From: a virus | Virus record (IMG/VR): IMGVR_UViG_3300019776_000961 | Coordinates: 1-64,000 of that record | Direction: 5' to 3' (one strand) | DNA length: 64,000 nt | Shown: in pieces, positions 24,244-34,601 of the stretch | Position numbering within the stretch: position 1 is the first letter of the stretch | Layout: the number at the start of each line of letters is the position of its first letter | Program-made: the position numbers and the translations under genes | The notes under the pieces: model-generated | What the model was told of the DNA's origin: nothing | The model's database searches: none | The model's input: only the letters and a program-made list of their open reading frames with translations

Positions 24244-25827
24244 TTACGCTGTATAGCTTCCTGATGAGAGGAATGTAATTAAGGTATTTGATCCGTTTGT
24301 AGTGACAACAGGTGAACCGGTAACGTTGCCTGTATAGTTAATTGTCGGTACAGAGAGTATTACAACACCTGAACCACCAGAATTGTAACCGCCTCCACCG
24401 CCACCCGTATTTGGCATACCAGCTGTTGGTACCGTAGAGCCATTATTTACAAGACCGCCGTTACCACCACCACCTAATCCACCCGGATATACGACATCGG
24501 GGTTAGGGTAACCATATGATGTACCAGTACCACCGCCAGCGATCCAATACTGGCCAGCAGAGAGCTGTCCGATGGTGGATCCGGATATTGGATTGGGGAT
24601 ACCAATGCCGCCATAAAATTTATTATTACCAGGTGCACCAGCTCCGCCACCACCGCTACTTCCAGCACTGGTGCCAAAACCAGTACCACTCCCCGTTCCT
24701 CCGCTGAACCCTTGATTCAAGGTACCAAGTCCACCGATAGCATTATACCCACCGCCGCCTGAACCGCCATTACCACCTGGGGTACTTCCTAATCCGTTTA
24801 TACCAGATCCGGCACCAAATCCACCACCATATGCTGTTAAATTAAACGCTACAGTATTACCACCGGTATTACCAGGTGCTCCTCCTTGACCAACGATTAT
24901 ATTATATGTTGTACCAGGGGTTATAACTAGATTGTTACCTGTTATAACACCTCCAGCTCCTCCACCTGAGTCGACAACACCAGCACCAGTAGAACTACCG
25001 CCGCCTCCGCCTACAAGGAGATAATTTGCATTATATGTAAATGGGTATTGTATTCCGTTTCCATTATTATATAATGTAGTGATTTCTGAGGCACTCAATG
25101 CTCTATTCCAGAGACCAACTGCATCAAAGGTACACGGAACACCATATTCACCGTTTGTGCTCTGACCTGAACCATCTATAGCAAAACCCTGGAAGTTTTC
25201 ACCAGGTGCAGTTAATGAGGTAAATGAAACAGCACTAAGGACAGCACCATTTCTATACACAGTATATGTTTTGTTAGTGTTGTTTAATACTCCTGCAAAA
25301 TGATACCATGTATTCGTAATAAACGTAGCGGTAATACTCGGTGTAATATTTCCTGCAAGACTGAACACCAGCATATTAGGTGCAGCTGCACCTGTGGGAC
25401 CAGCTGGGTTAATAGAAAAACCAAAATTACCGTAATCGGCTCCGAAAATTGTCATACCACAAGTACTAAATGCAGGATTAACTGATGGAAAATATTGTGG
25501 TATTTTTATCCAAAACGAAAAACTAGCATTTGTTACACCGTCGTAGATATTCCAGATATTATTAGGATATGTTAATCCAGCGGCAGCACCACAGGGACCG
25601 TAATTTGTAAACTGTATTGCACTTGCACCTGTTTTACCAGTTGTGAAGTTATATGCACTATTCCCTCCTGTACCTAAATTTAAACCGTTATTTGTACTAT
25701 CATTTGTATTTCCTTCAAAGCTATAGAAGGCACAAAGACCAGTAGTAAGTGTAGTAAAACCTGGTCCTGTCTGACTGTTATTAAACTGAATAACACTAAA
25801 GAAGCCTGGAGAAAATGTGAATAGCAT
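24244..25827 (-). CDS. virion protein with LamG/ConA-like domain and glycine-rich C-terminal domain
   Basis: SFSFWIK...NTWYHFAGV...TVYRNG...VGLWNRALSASEITTLYN; YLLVGGGGG and poly-G repeats. Confidence 0.75.
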   Translation of the reverse strand: MLFTFSPGFFSVIQFNNSQTGPGFTTLTTGLCAFYSFEGNTNDSTNNGLNLGTGGNSAYNFTTGKTGASAIQFTNYGPCGAAAGLTYPNNIWNIYDGVTNASFSFWIKIPQYFPSVNPAFSTCGMTIFGADYGNFGFSINPAGPTGAAAPNMLVFSLAGNITPSITATFITNTWYHFAGVLNNTNKTYTVYRNGAVLSAVSFTSLTAPGENFQGFAIDGSGQSTNGEYGVPCTFDAVGLWNRALSASEITTLYNNGNGIQYPFTYNANYLLVGGGGGSSTGAGVVDSGGGAGGVITGNNLVITPGTTYNIIVGQGGAPGNTGGNTVAFNLTAYGGGFGAGSGINGLGSTPGGNGGSGGGGYNAIGGLGTLNQGFSGGTGSGTGFGTSAGSSGGGGAGAPGNNKFYGGIGIPNPISGSTIGQLSAGQYWIAGGGTGTSYGYPNPDVVYPGGLGGGGNGGLVNNGSTVPTAGMPNTGGGGGGYNSGGSGVVILSVPTINYTGNVTGSPVVTTNGSNTLITFLSSGSYTA

Positions 25828-25832
25828 ATACG

Positions 25833-28800
25833 TTATGCACTAACATCACCAAATAACACCCATCCACCGATTGCACCAGTGTATACAAGTGATGCAGCGG
25901 AATATTGCTTGGTTGTTCTGAAGTAACCGTTAGCCTGGTTAATTGTTACGTTTTGACCTGATATTGCTACGCGAGCTGTACTAAGCTGTACAATAGATGT
26001 ACTAAAGCCAACAGGGTATGTACCAACAATAGTTGCAGTTAAGCCGGTACCAGCATTAGTAGATCCAATAGTGCTACCTATATCAGAAAGACGAATTGTA
26101 TATGTTGTACCGGTTTGGATATTAACCGGTACTGTACCTACATTATAACCTAGTGATACAATATTACCTGTTACCGATACATTACCTGTAAATGCAGCAT
26201 TATTTGCTGATAGACCACTTGAAGCGCTAATTGAACCTGCAACTGTTAATTCAGCTACAGGATTGTTAATCTTAATACCAATATTACCTGCATAATAACC
26301 ATTGTTAGCAGAAAGACCGCCCGAGGCACTTACATTACCAGCGACTGTCAAACGCTCAGCAGGAGCAACAATACTAATACCAACATTTCCGTTTTGATCA
26401 ATACGCATTGATTCTACGGTGCTTATTGTGGCATTCGGTGTTGTTTGGAAAGTTAAATATGTACCATTAGCAATATCACTCCAATTTTCAGCAGCATTAA
26501 TTGTCATTCTACCACGGGATGATGTACTATAACCTGTGGCTCCCCAGCCTTGACCGGTAAACTCACAGAGCACATCTCCAGCAATAACAGCAGTTGGACT
26601 TGCAGCAGTGCCTTCAGCATGACGGCCAGTAAATGATGGTCGAGCATTAGCGACAGCACCAAATGAATCAACAAGAATTCTATTGTTTGTACTATCAGTT
26701 TGTGTTACGTGAACTGTGGTACCTGAAGCAACAGAGCGCGGAGCCGCAGCATTGTTATTAATATCAAGTTTTGCAGTAGGCGCTGTTGTGCCTAGACCGA
26801 CACTTCCCGCATAATAACCGTTGTTGCCTGAAAGACCACCAGATGCACTAACTGAACCAGCGACTGTTAGACGTGAACCTGTTGGTGCAATTCCGAGACC
26901 TGTATTACCAAAACGATCAACTAATACTGCGGTAATAGGAGTGTATGAAGCACTAAAGTTAGACTGTAAGGTTAGAAGGTTTGATATTTCATTATAGAAT
27001 AAATCAAAACCTGAGAAACCACGGATAATAGAACCATCAAGAGTTGTGTCTTGTTCACCGATTCTAAAAATTGGGTTAACACCGTCGTTTGGTTGTCCGT
27101 GAACGAGGGTAATATATCTAGCTGATAGTGTAGTAGCAGATACTGTTGGTACCTGAATGTAACCACCTGATGTTGTAAATACTTCGAATGAGGAATTATA
27201 AACACCGTTAAGATAATTCAACGTAAGTGTATTAATCCCATTACCTGTTAAACTCGATCCATCGGTAAATACTGTTTCAGATCCAAAACCGTAAATAGTA
27301 TTTGCTGTTACTTGATTACTTTCTGTTGAATAGGCTTTAATATAATTAGCACTTACACTATTATAGAAAAATGCATTATTAGCTGATAATGTGTTTGAAG
27401 CACTAATTGACCCCGCTACTGTTAGTTCAACAGCAGGATTATTAATCTTAATACCCACGTTATTAGCATAATAACCACCGTTAGCACTTAAACCACCTGA
27501 TGAACTTACGTTGCCTGCGACTGTTAAGCGTTCAGCTGGTGTTGTTATACCAATGCCTACATTACCGGTCTGATCGATACGGACAGCCTCTGCTGTATTG
27601 AGAGTTGTATTCGGTGTTGTCTGGAATGTAAGATAAGTGCCGTTGGCGGTATCAGTCCATGTTTCAGCTGCATTAATTGTCATTCTACCACGTGAGGTAG
27701 AACTGTATTTAGTAGCACCAAAACCTTGACCAGTAAATTCACATAGTACATCACCGGTAACAACCGCTGTTGGGTTTGCACCGGTACCTTCAGCATGACG
27801 GCCAGTGAATGATGGACGTGCATTTGCAACAGCACCAAATGAATCAACAAGAATTCTACTGTTTGTGCTATCAGCTTGTGTAAGATGTACGATTGTACCT
27901 GTTGTAGCTGAAAGAGGTAAAACAGTATTATTGTTGATATCAAGCTTTACTGTGTTTGTAGCACCGCTATATAGACTTACACCTGGTGCATTTGTACCAA
28001 TACCAACAGCGTTGGCATGATAGCCACCGTTAGCACTTAACCCACCCGAGGCACTTACATTACCTGCGACCGTTAAACGCTCAGCTGGTGTACCAATATT
28101 AATACCAACGAACCCGCTATCCTCAATAAACAGTGCGTTAAAGCCATCTGCGTCTTCAAATCTTGCAATTGGCTGGGCTCCCTTTTGTGATACTACTAGA
28201 GCTGGGCCTGTACCAAGATTTATAACAGATAATGCACTAGTAATAGAAACAATAGTGTCAAGATAGGAAAGAGCACCATAGACAGAAAGATTACCAGTAA
28301 TTGTCATATTACCAGCAGCACTTGTATCACCGACTATTGTTAAAGCATTAGTATTGTTAGATGTACCAATACCTACATTACCAGGGAAATATATACCACC
28401 AGGTGCTGATACTAGGTACTGACCTGTACTTGTTGATGAGATACCTGAAAGAGCTGTACTATCACCTGACCATACATAAGAGAAATCTTTTGCAGCGTAA
28501 GCACGGTAACCCGCAGCTATTGAAGCAGCGCCCTGTGCTACAGAGGCATAACCACTCGCGTATGCACCAGATGCAAGAGGACCAGTTGATGTATTGATAC
28601 CTTCTGCGTGACTTGCAGGTCCGTAAGTTGATGAACCGTAACCTTCTGCGTGACTGTCAGCACCGTAGGCATATGTTAAATTTCCCTCAGCGTGTGTCTC
28701 CGGGCCAAAAGCACTTGTGTATTTACCTTCAGCATGGGTAAAGCAATTAGTAGCTACTGTACCCAATCCTGTTGTAAATGATGTTTCACCAAGAGCACGT

Positions 28801-30350
28801 GTACTACGGCCAGCTGCGAATGAACCAGATCCTGCTGCAATATTTGTTGTATTAGCTGTAAAAGAATCATCACCGGTAGCAAGAGTATTATTACCAAATG
28901 CAATACTGTTAATGCCGTAAGCTTGAGAACCAGATCCTGCTGCAATAGTACCTGAGTTGGCTGTATATGTCGAAATGCCTGTCGCTAAACTATAATTACC
29001 ATACGCAGTGGTTGCATAACCAATACTCATCGACGCAGAGCCTACAGCAACAGTAGTTAATCCACCGGCACGACTATAGCTACCATAAGCTACAGTATTA
29101 GCACCATCAGTATGTGATCCAATACCAGCTGCTATTGTATTATATCCTTCAGCGTGACTCCATCCACCTGAGGCAATAGAGAGCAAGCCTTCAGCATGAG
29201 CACCGACTCCAAATGCGCTTGTATACTGACCTTCAGTATGAGAATAGAGTGCTGAAGCAGCTGTAAAATAACCCTCAGCATGTGATCCTGTAGCAAATGA
29301 TCTACTATTAAGACCCTCGGCATGGCTTGCAATCCCATAAGCACTTGTATATTGACCTTCCGTGTGAGATTCAGCACCAATTGAAACAGTGTATTGACCC
29401 TCAGAGTGTGAAAATGATCCTAAAGAACTTGTATATTGACCCTCTGCGTGTGACGCTAGTCCTGTAGCATTTGTGTATTCACCTTCGGAGTGTGCATTGG
29501 ATCCTGAAGCCGCAGTGAATCTACCTTCAGCATGTGAATGAATACCAGCGGCGATTGTTGTTTTACCATGTGCGAAAGCGTTTGTATTACTTGCAATGTT
29601 ATTTTGACCGAGAGCGAGAGATGCAGAACCTGATGCAATATTTGTAAGACCAGCTGCTACACTATAATTACCTGATGCTAGGTTACCGAAACCTATTACA
29701 AAAGAACCTGAACCACTAGCTATATTTGATTCACCTGCTGCAAAAGAACGACTTCCATAAGCAAGACTACTATTAAACGATGCTGAATCATCTCCGATAG
29801 AAATACCTCTATTTGATGCTGTTGAGCGAGCACCTGCTGCTGAACCCGCTTGAAATTCTGTATTACCAGAAGCTGTCATACTTCCGGCTATCGTAACACG
29901 TCTACCAGGTACTGCATCATTACCGTTTATAACAATATTACCACCACTCTCGATTGAGAAAGCATCAACACCGTCTGGTGCACTAGCGTTATTAGCATCA
30001 ATAAAGCGTACAACAGGCTGATCACCATACTGTACGGCAACAATAGCTGGACCCTGACCGTGATTGATTACTGAGAGAGCACTTGTTGTAGATGTATATG
30101 TTTCAAAATATGAATAATCACCATATACAGAAAGATTACCGAGAATTGTTGTATTGCCACCAACGAGAGCGTTATTGGTTACATAAAGATTGTTATTAGC
30201 GCTGACACTTGCATTTACGATAAAATCTCCCTGGAATGGTGCCTCAGGAGATGCGATAGGATCGGTGCCTGAATCAGGGTAACCGGGTACCGGGATACTA
30301 TAGTGGTTTGCTCTGTGAAGCTTATTGTGAAACCTTGCATTATCAGCCAT
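25833..30350 (-). CDS. long tail fibre/adhesin with YadA-like head repeats (SHAEG) and an internal duplication
   Basis: 1505 aa; many (S/A)HAEGxxTxAxG repeats; two copies of the DSFGAVANARPSFTGRHAEG module. Confidence 0.8.
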   Translation of the reverse strand: MADNARFHNKLHRANHYSIPVPGYPDSGTDPIASPEAPFQGDFIVNASVSANNNLYVTNNALVGGNTTILGNLSVYGDYSYFETYTSTTSALSVINHGQGPAIVAVQYGDQPVVRFIDANNASAPDGVDAFSIESGGNIVINGNDAVPGRRVTIAGSMTASGNTEFQAGSAAGARSTASNRGISIGDDSASFNSSLAYGSRSFAAGESNIASGSGSFVIGFGNLASGNYSVAAGLTNIASGSASLALGQNNIASNTNAFAHGKTTIAAGIHSHAEGRFTAASGSNAHSEGEYTNATGLASHAEGQYTSSLGSFSHSEGQYTVSIGAESHTEGQYTSAYGIASHAEGLNSRSFATGSHAEGYFTAASALYSHTEGQYTSAFGVGAHAEGLLSIASGGWSHAEGYNTIAAGIGSHTDGANTVAYGSYSRAGGLTTVAVGSASMSIGYATTAYGNYSLATGISTYTANSGTIAAGSGSQAYGINSIAFGNNTLATGDDSFTANTTNIAAGSGSFAAGRSTRALGETSFTTGLGTVATNCFTHAEGKYTSAFGPETHAEGNLTYAYGADSHAEGYGSSTYGPASHAEGINTSTGPLASGAYASGYASVAQGAASIAAGYRAYAAKDFSYVWSGDSTALSGISSTSTGQYLVSAPGGIYFPGNVGIGTSNNTNALTIVGDTSAAGNMTITGNLSVYGALSYLDTIVSITSALSVINLGTGPALVVSQKGAQPIARFEDADGFNALFIEDSGFVGINIGTPAERLTVAGNVSASGGLSANGGYHANAVGIGTNAPGVSLYSGATNTVKLDINNNTVLPLSATTGTIVHLTQADSTNSRILVDSFGAVANARPSFTGRHAEGTGANPTAVVTGDVLCEFTGQGFGATKYSSTSRGRMTINAAETWTDTANGTYLTFQTTPNTTLNTAEAVRIDQTGNVGIGITTPAERLTVAGNVSSSGGLSANGGYYANNVGIKINNPAVELTVAGSISASNTLSANNAFFYNSVSANYIKAYSTESNQVTANTIYGFGSETVFTDGSSLTGNGINTLTLNYLNGVYNSSFEVFTTSGGYIQVPTVSATTLSARYITLVHGQPNDGVNPIFRIGEQDTTLDGSIIRGFSGFDLFYNEISNLLTLQSNFSASYTPITAVLVDRFGNTGLGIAPTGSRLTVAGSVSASGGLSGNNGYYAGSVGLGTTAPTAKLDINNNAAAPRSVASGTTVHVTQTDSTNNRILVDSFGAVANARPSFTGRHAEGTAASPTAVIAGDVLCEFTGQGWGATGYSTSSRGRMTINAAENWSDIANGTYLTFQTTPNATISTVESMRIDQNGNVGISIVAPAERLTVAGNVSASGGLSANNGYYAGNIGIKINNPVAELTVAGSISASSGLSANNAAFTGNVSVTGNIVSLGYNVGTVPVNIQTGTTYTIRLSDIGSTIGSTNAGTGLTATIVGTYPVGFSTSIVQLSTARVAISGQNVTINQANGYFRTTKQYSAASLVYTGAIGGWVLFGDVSA

Positions 30351-30442
30351 ATCTAATGATTATTTATAATAAATGTGTTTTTATTCTATATGCTAAAATG
30401 AATAAAAAGAAGTGTGTGGTATACTGATAAATATTTATTCGT

Positions 30443-31567
30443 GTGAATATATTTGAAAGCTTTAAGCAACCACGTCTCTCTACTGACAAAGTAGATAGCT
30501 ATTATACTATTTTCGGGTTTGATACTACAAGCCGTATTGCAGCACAAGCAATCGATATTGTTTATTGGTTTATTATCTTCGTAGCATATTGTTTTGCATT
30601 CCATGCACTTAATAATATCCTTATAACCTGGAATTGGTTTTTAGTTGGTCTTGCATGCTTTGCTGTTGTAGGTCTACCGTATTGTGTAAAGATAATACTT
30701 TTCGGTAGAAAGGAATTTCCTCTCAAGGCGGCCTTATTGTGTTTATTTTTAAGTCTTCTGCCTACTATCTTTGACTTTACAGGTTTATATTCTGAGACAG
30801 GTCTGCAAGATAGTCTAAAACAAAGCAAAGTACAAATTACTGATTCTCTATCATTTTTTGAAGCAGAAAGTAAAAAGGCCGTCCAAAATCAAGAATTGGA
30901 AATTAAAAATAGAGGTAGAGATAAGAAGAATGAAATCGAAAATAATCTCGGACAAAAGGTTACAAGTATAAAAAAACAAATAGAAGATGCAAATCAAGAG
31001 GTAATTGATGAACGACAGGGCATTAAGGGAAAAGCAGGTGATGGACCGAGAGCAAAAGAATTACAAGCAGAAGTAAGAAAATTACAAGCTCAATCAGATA
31101 TTGAGGTCAAGAATTCAAAAGCTGAAATAGAAAGACAAACAACAGCTGTTGATCAAGAGATTAATGATCAACTACAAGCTTTAGCACAATCCAATAAACT
31201 TCTAAATGAAAAGCTTCTTGCATGTAAAAGAGAGGTTAATGATACAACATCTTTTAGAGAGCTTGAAGTATCAGCATTAAATGCAAATAGTCTAATATCA
31301 TCAATTGCATCAAACCTTAATACGAAATTTGTTCCAGTAAAAATTATTGGATCTGATAATATTATTAAAGTTTCTTTTGGGTCCCTTGTCGTTGGAGATA
31401 TAACAGCACTTGTATGCTTCTTACTTGCTTTCCTTATGGAGATCGGCGATATAATCATAGCATTTGTTATTCGCTATGAACGACAAACACCCAAAACAGT
31501 AGTCAAATCTAATTCAAATGAAACTCTACGCAATATCCGTTATACAAAAACGTACGAAGGATATTAA
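30443..31567 (+). CDS. multi-TM coiled-coil membrane protein (DUF4407-like architecture)
   Basis: Three N-terminal TM helices, long coiled coil, C-terminal TM helix. Confidence 0.6.
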   Translation: MNIFESFKQPRLSTDKVDSYYTIFGFDTTSRIAAQAIDIVYWFIIFVAYCFAFHALNNILITWNWFLVGLACFAVVGLPYCVKIILFGRKEFPLKAALLCLFLSLLPTIFDFTGLYSETGLQDSLKQSKVQITDSLSFFEAESKKAVQNQELEIKNRGRDKKNEIENNLGQKVTSIKKQIEDANQEVIDERQGIKGKAGDGPRAKELQAEVRKLQAQSDIEVKNSKAEIERQTTAVDQEINDQLQALAQSNKLLNEKLLACKREVNDTTSFRELEVSALNANSLISSIASNLNTKFVPVKIIGSDNIIKVSFGSLVVGDITALVCFLLAFLMEIGDIIIAFVIRYERQTPKTVVKSNSNETLRNIRYTKTYEGY

Positions 31568-32145
31568 CGCTTATATTTTTTAGAAAACTGCTTTGCTGTT
31601 GATTGACACCATTGTGTATATTTACAGTGATCACAGGTTCTATCACTGTTGAGATAGAGCTGTGGAGCAATACATGAACCGTTTTTTGTATTATCTGTAA
31701 CATATTCCGCAATAGAGCTATAGAACCTACGCTCCGCGGGCTTCCAGTTCTTAACTGTAAGGGTTGCTTCTTCCTCAGTAAGCTTCTTATGTCTTGGCTT
31801 TTTAAGAAGTTTTTGACGAGCGAGAACCTGGTGATTAATTGAGAACGGCTCTAGATCATCGGGACGAAGTTGTTTTTGTACTTCTTCCGGTGAAATTCTC
31901 TGGCGCAGTAGCCTTTTTGCTTCATTGCTAATGTAATGCTCTATGAATGCATTAAGACCACCAAATTTCTTAATACCCTTAGACATACCTGCTTTTGATA
32001 CTCTACGCACGAGACCCGTAACAATACATGTCATGTTTTTTGATTTAAGAGCACCATCATCGTTTTCCTTAACAGGCTTGCTCTTTACAGGCTTTGTCTT
32101 TGCTTTGATAGGTTTTGCTTTCGTTTTGGTCTTTTTGCCCTTCAT
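31564..32145 (-). CDS. hypothetical basic protein, paralogue of 33000-33308
   Basis: Lys-rich N-terminus, TCIVTG module, C-terminal C/H cluster. Confidence 0.6.
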   Translation of the reverse strand: MKGKKTKTKAKPIKAKTKPVKSKPVKENDDGALKSKNMTCIVTGLVRRVSKAGMSKGIKKFGGLNAFIEHYISNEAKRLLRQRISPEEVQKQLRPDDLEPFSINHQVLARQKLLKKPRHKKLTEEEATLTVKNWKPAERRFYSSIAEYVTDNTKNGSCIAPQLYLNSDRTCDHCKYTQWCQSTAKQFSKKYKR

Positions 32146-32219
32146 GTTGATTTATGTTATGGAAACTATTTATAAACTCCACAGTTGATATTTTCAAGTC
32201 TTATTTCTATTATTGAGGA

Positions 32220-32480
32220 ATGCCATACATTAAATCCATATCTCGCAATATGCTGAAGTCGACGACTGATGCTATTGTAAACAATCCACCGATAACCGTC
32301 GGTGATCTAAACTATGTGCTGACAAGTGCATGTAAAGCATATCTTGAAAAACAGCTCTATATTAACTACCAGGCCTACAATGATGTTATTGGAGCACTTG
32401 AATGCTGTAAGCTTGAAATGTATCGTCGCTCTATCGCTCCTTACGAGGACATTAAAATTAAGGAGAACGGCGATGTCTAA
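32220..32480 (+). CDS. conserved phage hypothetical protein
   Basis: GDLNYVLT...YNDVIGALECCKLEMYRR...PYED.K..ENGDV, a motif I recognise from phage genomes. Confidence 0.65.
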   Translation: MPYIKSISRNMLKSTTDAIVNNPPITVGDLNYVLTSACKAYLEKQLYINYQAYNDVIGALECCKLEMYRRSIAPYEDIKIKENGDV

Positions 32481-32658
32481 GATGACTGCAGATAAAATCC
32501 ATAAGCTTGCCCTTAAGGGACGACTTGTACCTATTATTCAAGAAGTCAACGGAAAGCACTATCTTGTTGGATATGGTCGCAAGGCAACTTCTCGTAAGAA
32601 AGAGAAGTACATGCTCCCTGAACCAGAGCTTCTCAACGTTTTGCCAAAAAATAACTAG
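32473..32658 (+). CDS. small hypothetical protein
   Basis: MSKMTADKIHKLALKG..., starts at the upstream stop. Confidence 0.5.
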   Translation: MSKMTADKIHKLALKGRLVPIIQEVNGKHYLVGYGRKATSRKKEKYMLPEPELLNVLPKNN

Positions 32659-32720
32659 TTGCTATTAATCTCAGAGCATCTAATATGAATTTTATATCCC
32701 GAAAGGAGGTGAAATAATAA

Positions 32721-32912
32721 ATGAACTACAACAGCACAGATCTACGTCCAAAGACGTTCTACGTCCAGATTGAGCGCCAGCGTAACGGCACCTTCGCCGT
32801 TAAGCGTGCGAACGTTCTCGACAAGGCTAATCAGTACAGCCGTACGCTTCGTCGCGTTGACGCTCGTGATTTCACACGCGCTCTTCGTAACAGCGACATC
32901 ACCGTCGCCTAA
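32721..32912 (+). CDS. small basic protein, probably highly expressed
   Basis: Strong SD AAGGAGGTGA, C-ending codon bias, own terminator. Confidence 0.75.
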   Translation: MNYNSTDLRPKTFYVQIERQRNGTFAVKRANVLDKANQYSRTLRRVDARDFTRALRNSDITVA

Positions 32913-32926
32913 GACGATTGTATAAA

Positions 32927-32968
32927 AGAGATGCCATACTTTGCACTTCAAACAGGTATGGCATCTCT
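32927..32968. terminator. 13-bp stem-loop terminator
   Basis: AGAGATGCCATAC...GTATGGCATCTCT flanked by A and T runs. Confidence 0.7.
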
Positions 32969-32999
32969 ATTTACAAATACTATAATTTAATTCAACTAT

Positions 33000-33308
33000 A
33001 TGACAAGCGATTTAGCAGCAGAAATTAACAAAAGATTAAAACGATCCCTTTCTAAAGATCCGAACGTGCTTACCTGCATAGTTACAGGAAAGTCGCGGCC
33101 TACAAATTCAGCATATCTTGAGGAAAAGGCAAAAATAGCAGGTTCCAAAGAACGCTTTGTTGACAACTATATTTGCAGGGAAGCTTTGACCCTTCTCAAG
33201 AAAGGCAAGACTCTATCAGAGGTTCGCACCGAGCTCAATGTCACAGCATCTCTTCCGGTTATCTCTCAATCTACATTGGACGAAGCTTTAAAAATAAACG
33301 GAAAATAA
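33000..33308 (+). CDS. hypothetical protein (TCIVTG module)
   Basis: 102 aa; similar to the central part of 31564-32145. Confidence 0.65.
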   Translation: MTSDLAAEINKRLKRSLSKDPNVLTCIVTGKSRPTNSAYLEEKAKIAGSKERFVDNYICREALTLLKKGKTLSEVRTELNVTASLPVISQSTLDEALKINGK

Positions 33309-33348
33309 TCTTGCACGATAAAAGAGATTCCTGCATACTAGAGGAACA

Positions 33349-33621
33349 ATGAAGACACTAGCAAAAACAATACAAAATAAAGGCTTCAATCTTAAGCAGA
33401 TCAAGCGCGTTGGTGATAAGGCTATTTACGAGCAGACAAAGAAGGGACAAGAAGGAAAGTCCTATGAGGTCATCCGTATTGGCAAGCATAATGGTTACGA
33501 GCTTGGAGGAGCTAAGATTGCTCCGGCTGAGACATATCCTGGTAGCTCTCAATGGGGTATCAATGGATGGACGTTTACAGATCTCGCGTTGGCAGAGAAA
33601 AAGTTCAAGTCCCTGAAATAA
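33349..33621 (+). CDS. hypothetical early protein
   Basis: TTGCAC...CATACT promoter and GAGG; 90 aa. Confidence 0.7.
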   Translation: MKTLAKTIQNKGFNLKQIKRVGDKAIYEQTKKGQEGKSYEVIRIGKHNGYELGGAKIAPAETYPGSSQWGINGWTFTDLALAEKKFKSLK

Positions 33622-33662
33622 AGCTTGTCCTCCCGGTCGAGTTCCTTTAATATAAAAGAATC

Positions 33663-34601
33663 ATGAAGCTGAATTATACATCTACTGAATTCGTTGCAGT
33701 CAAGGATATCGAAATTCCTGATATCTATAATCGTCGACTTAAAACCGGTATTGAAACAGTTGACACCATGTTCGGTGACGGCTTGCTCCCTGGGTCTGTT
33801 ATTACCCTTTCGTCAAAGGCTGGAATGGGTAAGACGACGTTTGTTCTGCAGATGCTTAATAATTTGACCAAATTCGGTCATCGTATCGGCTTCTGTTCGT
33901 CAGAAGAGTCGATTTACCAGGTAGCGTTTGCTTGCCGTCGACTTGGAATTACCGAGGTCGGTATTTGTAACGAGAGCAGGCTCGACAAGATTCTCACGAC
34001 TATGGAGAATATGAGCGTTGTTGTTGTCGACTCCTTCCAGGGCATTGACAAGTGCGGTATGGATGATAAGGATGCTATTGAGGCACTTATTCAGAAGGCA
34101 AAGGCTACTGAGTGTGTTCTAATTCTCATCTGTCATCTCACTAAGAGTGGTGATATGCGCGGGACAAACCTTTTGACCTACGCTGTTGATGTGAATATGT
34201 TCCTCGACTCCGTAAAGGACGCACCTGCTGGTACCCGTCACGTGTACTTCAGTAAGAATCGTTTCGGACCTGGTGCTGAGTTTGATATTATTCTCGAGAA
34301 GACTGGATTTGACTTTACCGCAATCCAGCCCGCTGGGACGGAGAAAAAGAAGGTTAATAAGAAAGACGAGGAGCGTAAGAAGATTCTCGCTCTCACTGGT
34401 AAGATTACTGTCGAGAAGGTTTGCAAGGCAGCTGGTGTAGATGCATCGAGAGCTGGCTATCTTCTCAGGGAGCTTACTGCAGAGGGTAAACTCAAGCGTA
34501 AGGGTAAGAGAAAGAATGTATCTTGGGTAAATAATGAAGTACAAGTTGAAATCTCTGACTTCAACCCATATAATACTATCAACCTAATTCAATCAATTTA
34601 A
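33663..34601 (+). CDS. RadA/Sms-like RecA-family ATPase with C-terminal HTH
   Basis: LKTGIETVD...SSKAGMGKTT (Walker A), SSEES, VVVDSFQ, CHLTKSG, KNRFG. Confidence 0.8.
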   Translation: MKLNYTSTEFVAVKDIEIPDIYNRRLKTGIETVDTMFGDGLLPGSVITLSSKAGMGKTTFVLQMLNNLTKFGHRIGFCSSEESIYQVAFACRRLGITEVGICNESRLDKILTTMENMSVVVVDSFQGIDKCGMDDKDAIEALIQKAKATECVLILICHLTKSGDMRGTNLLTYAVDVNMFLDSVKDAPAGTRHVYFSKNRFGPGAEFDIILEKTGFDFTAIQPAGTEKKKVNKKDEERKKILALTGKITVEKVCKAAGVDASRAGYLLRELTAEGKLKRKGKRKNVSWVNNEVQVEISDFNPYNTINLIQSI

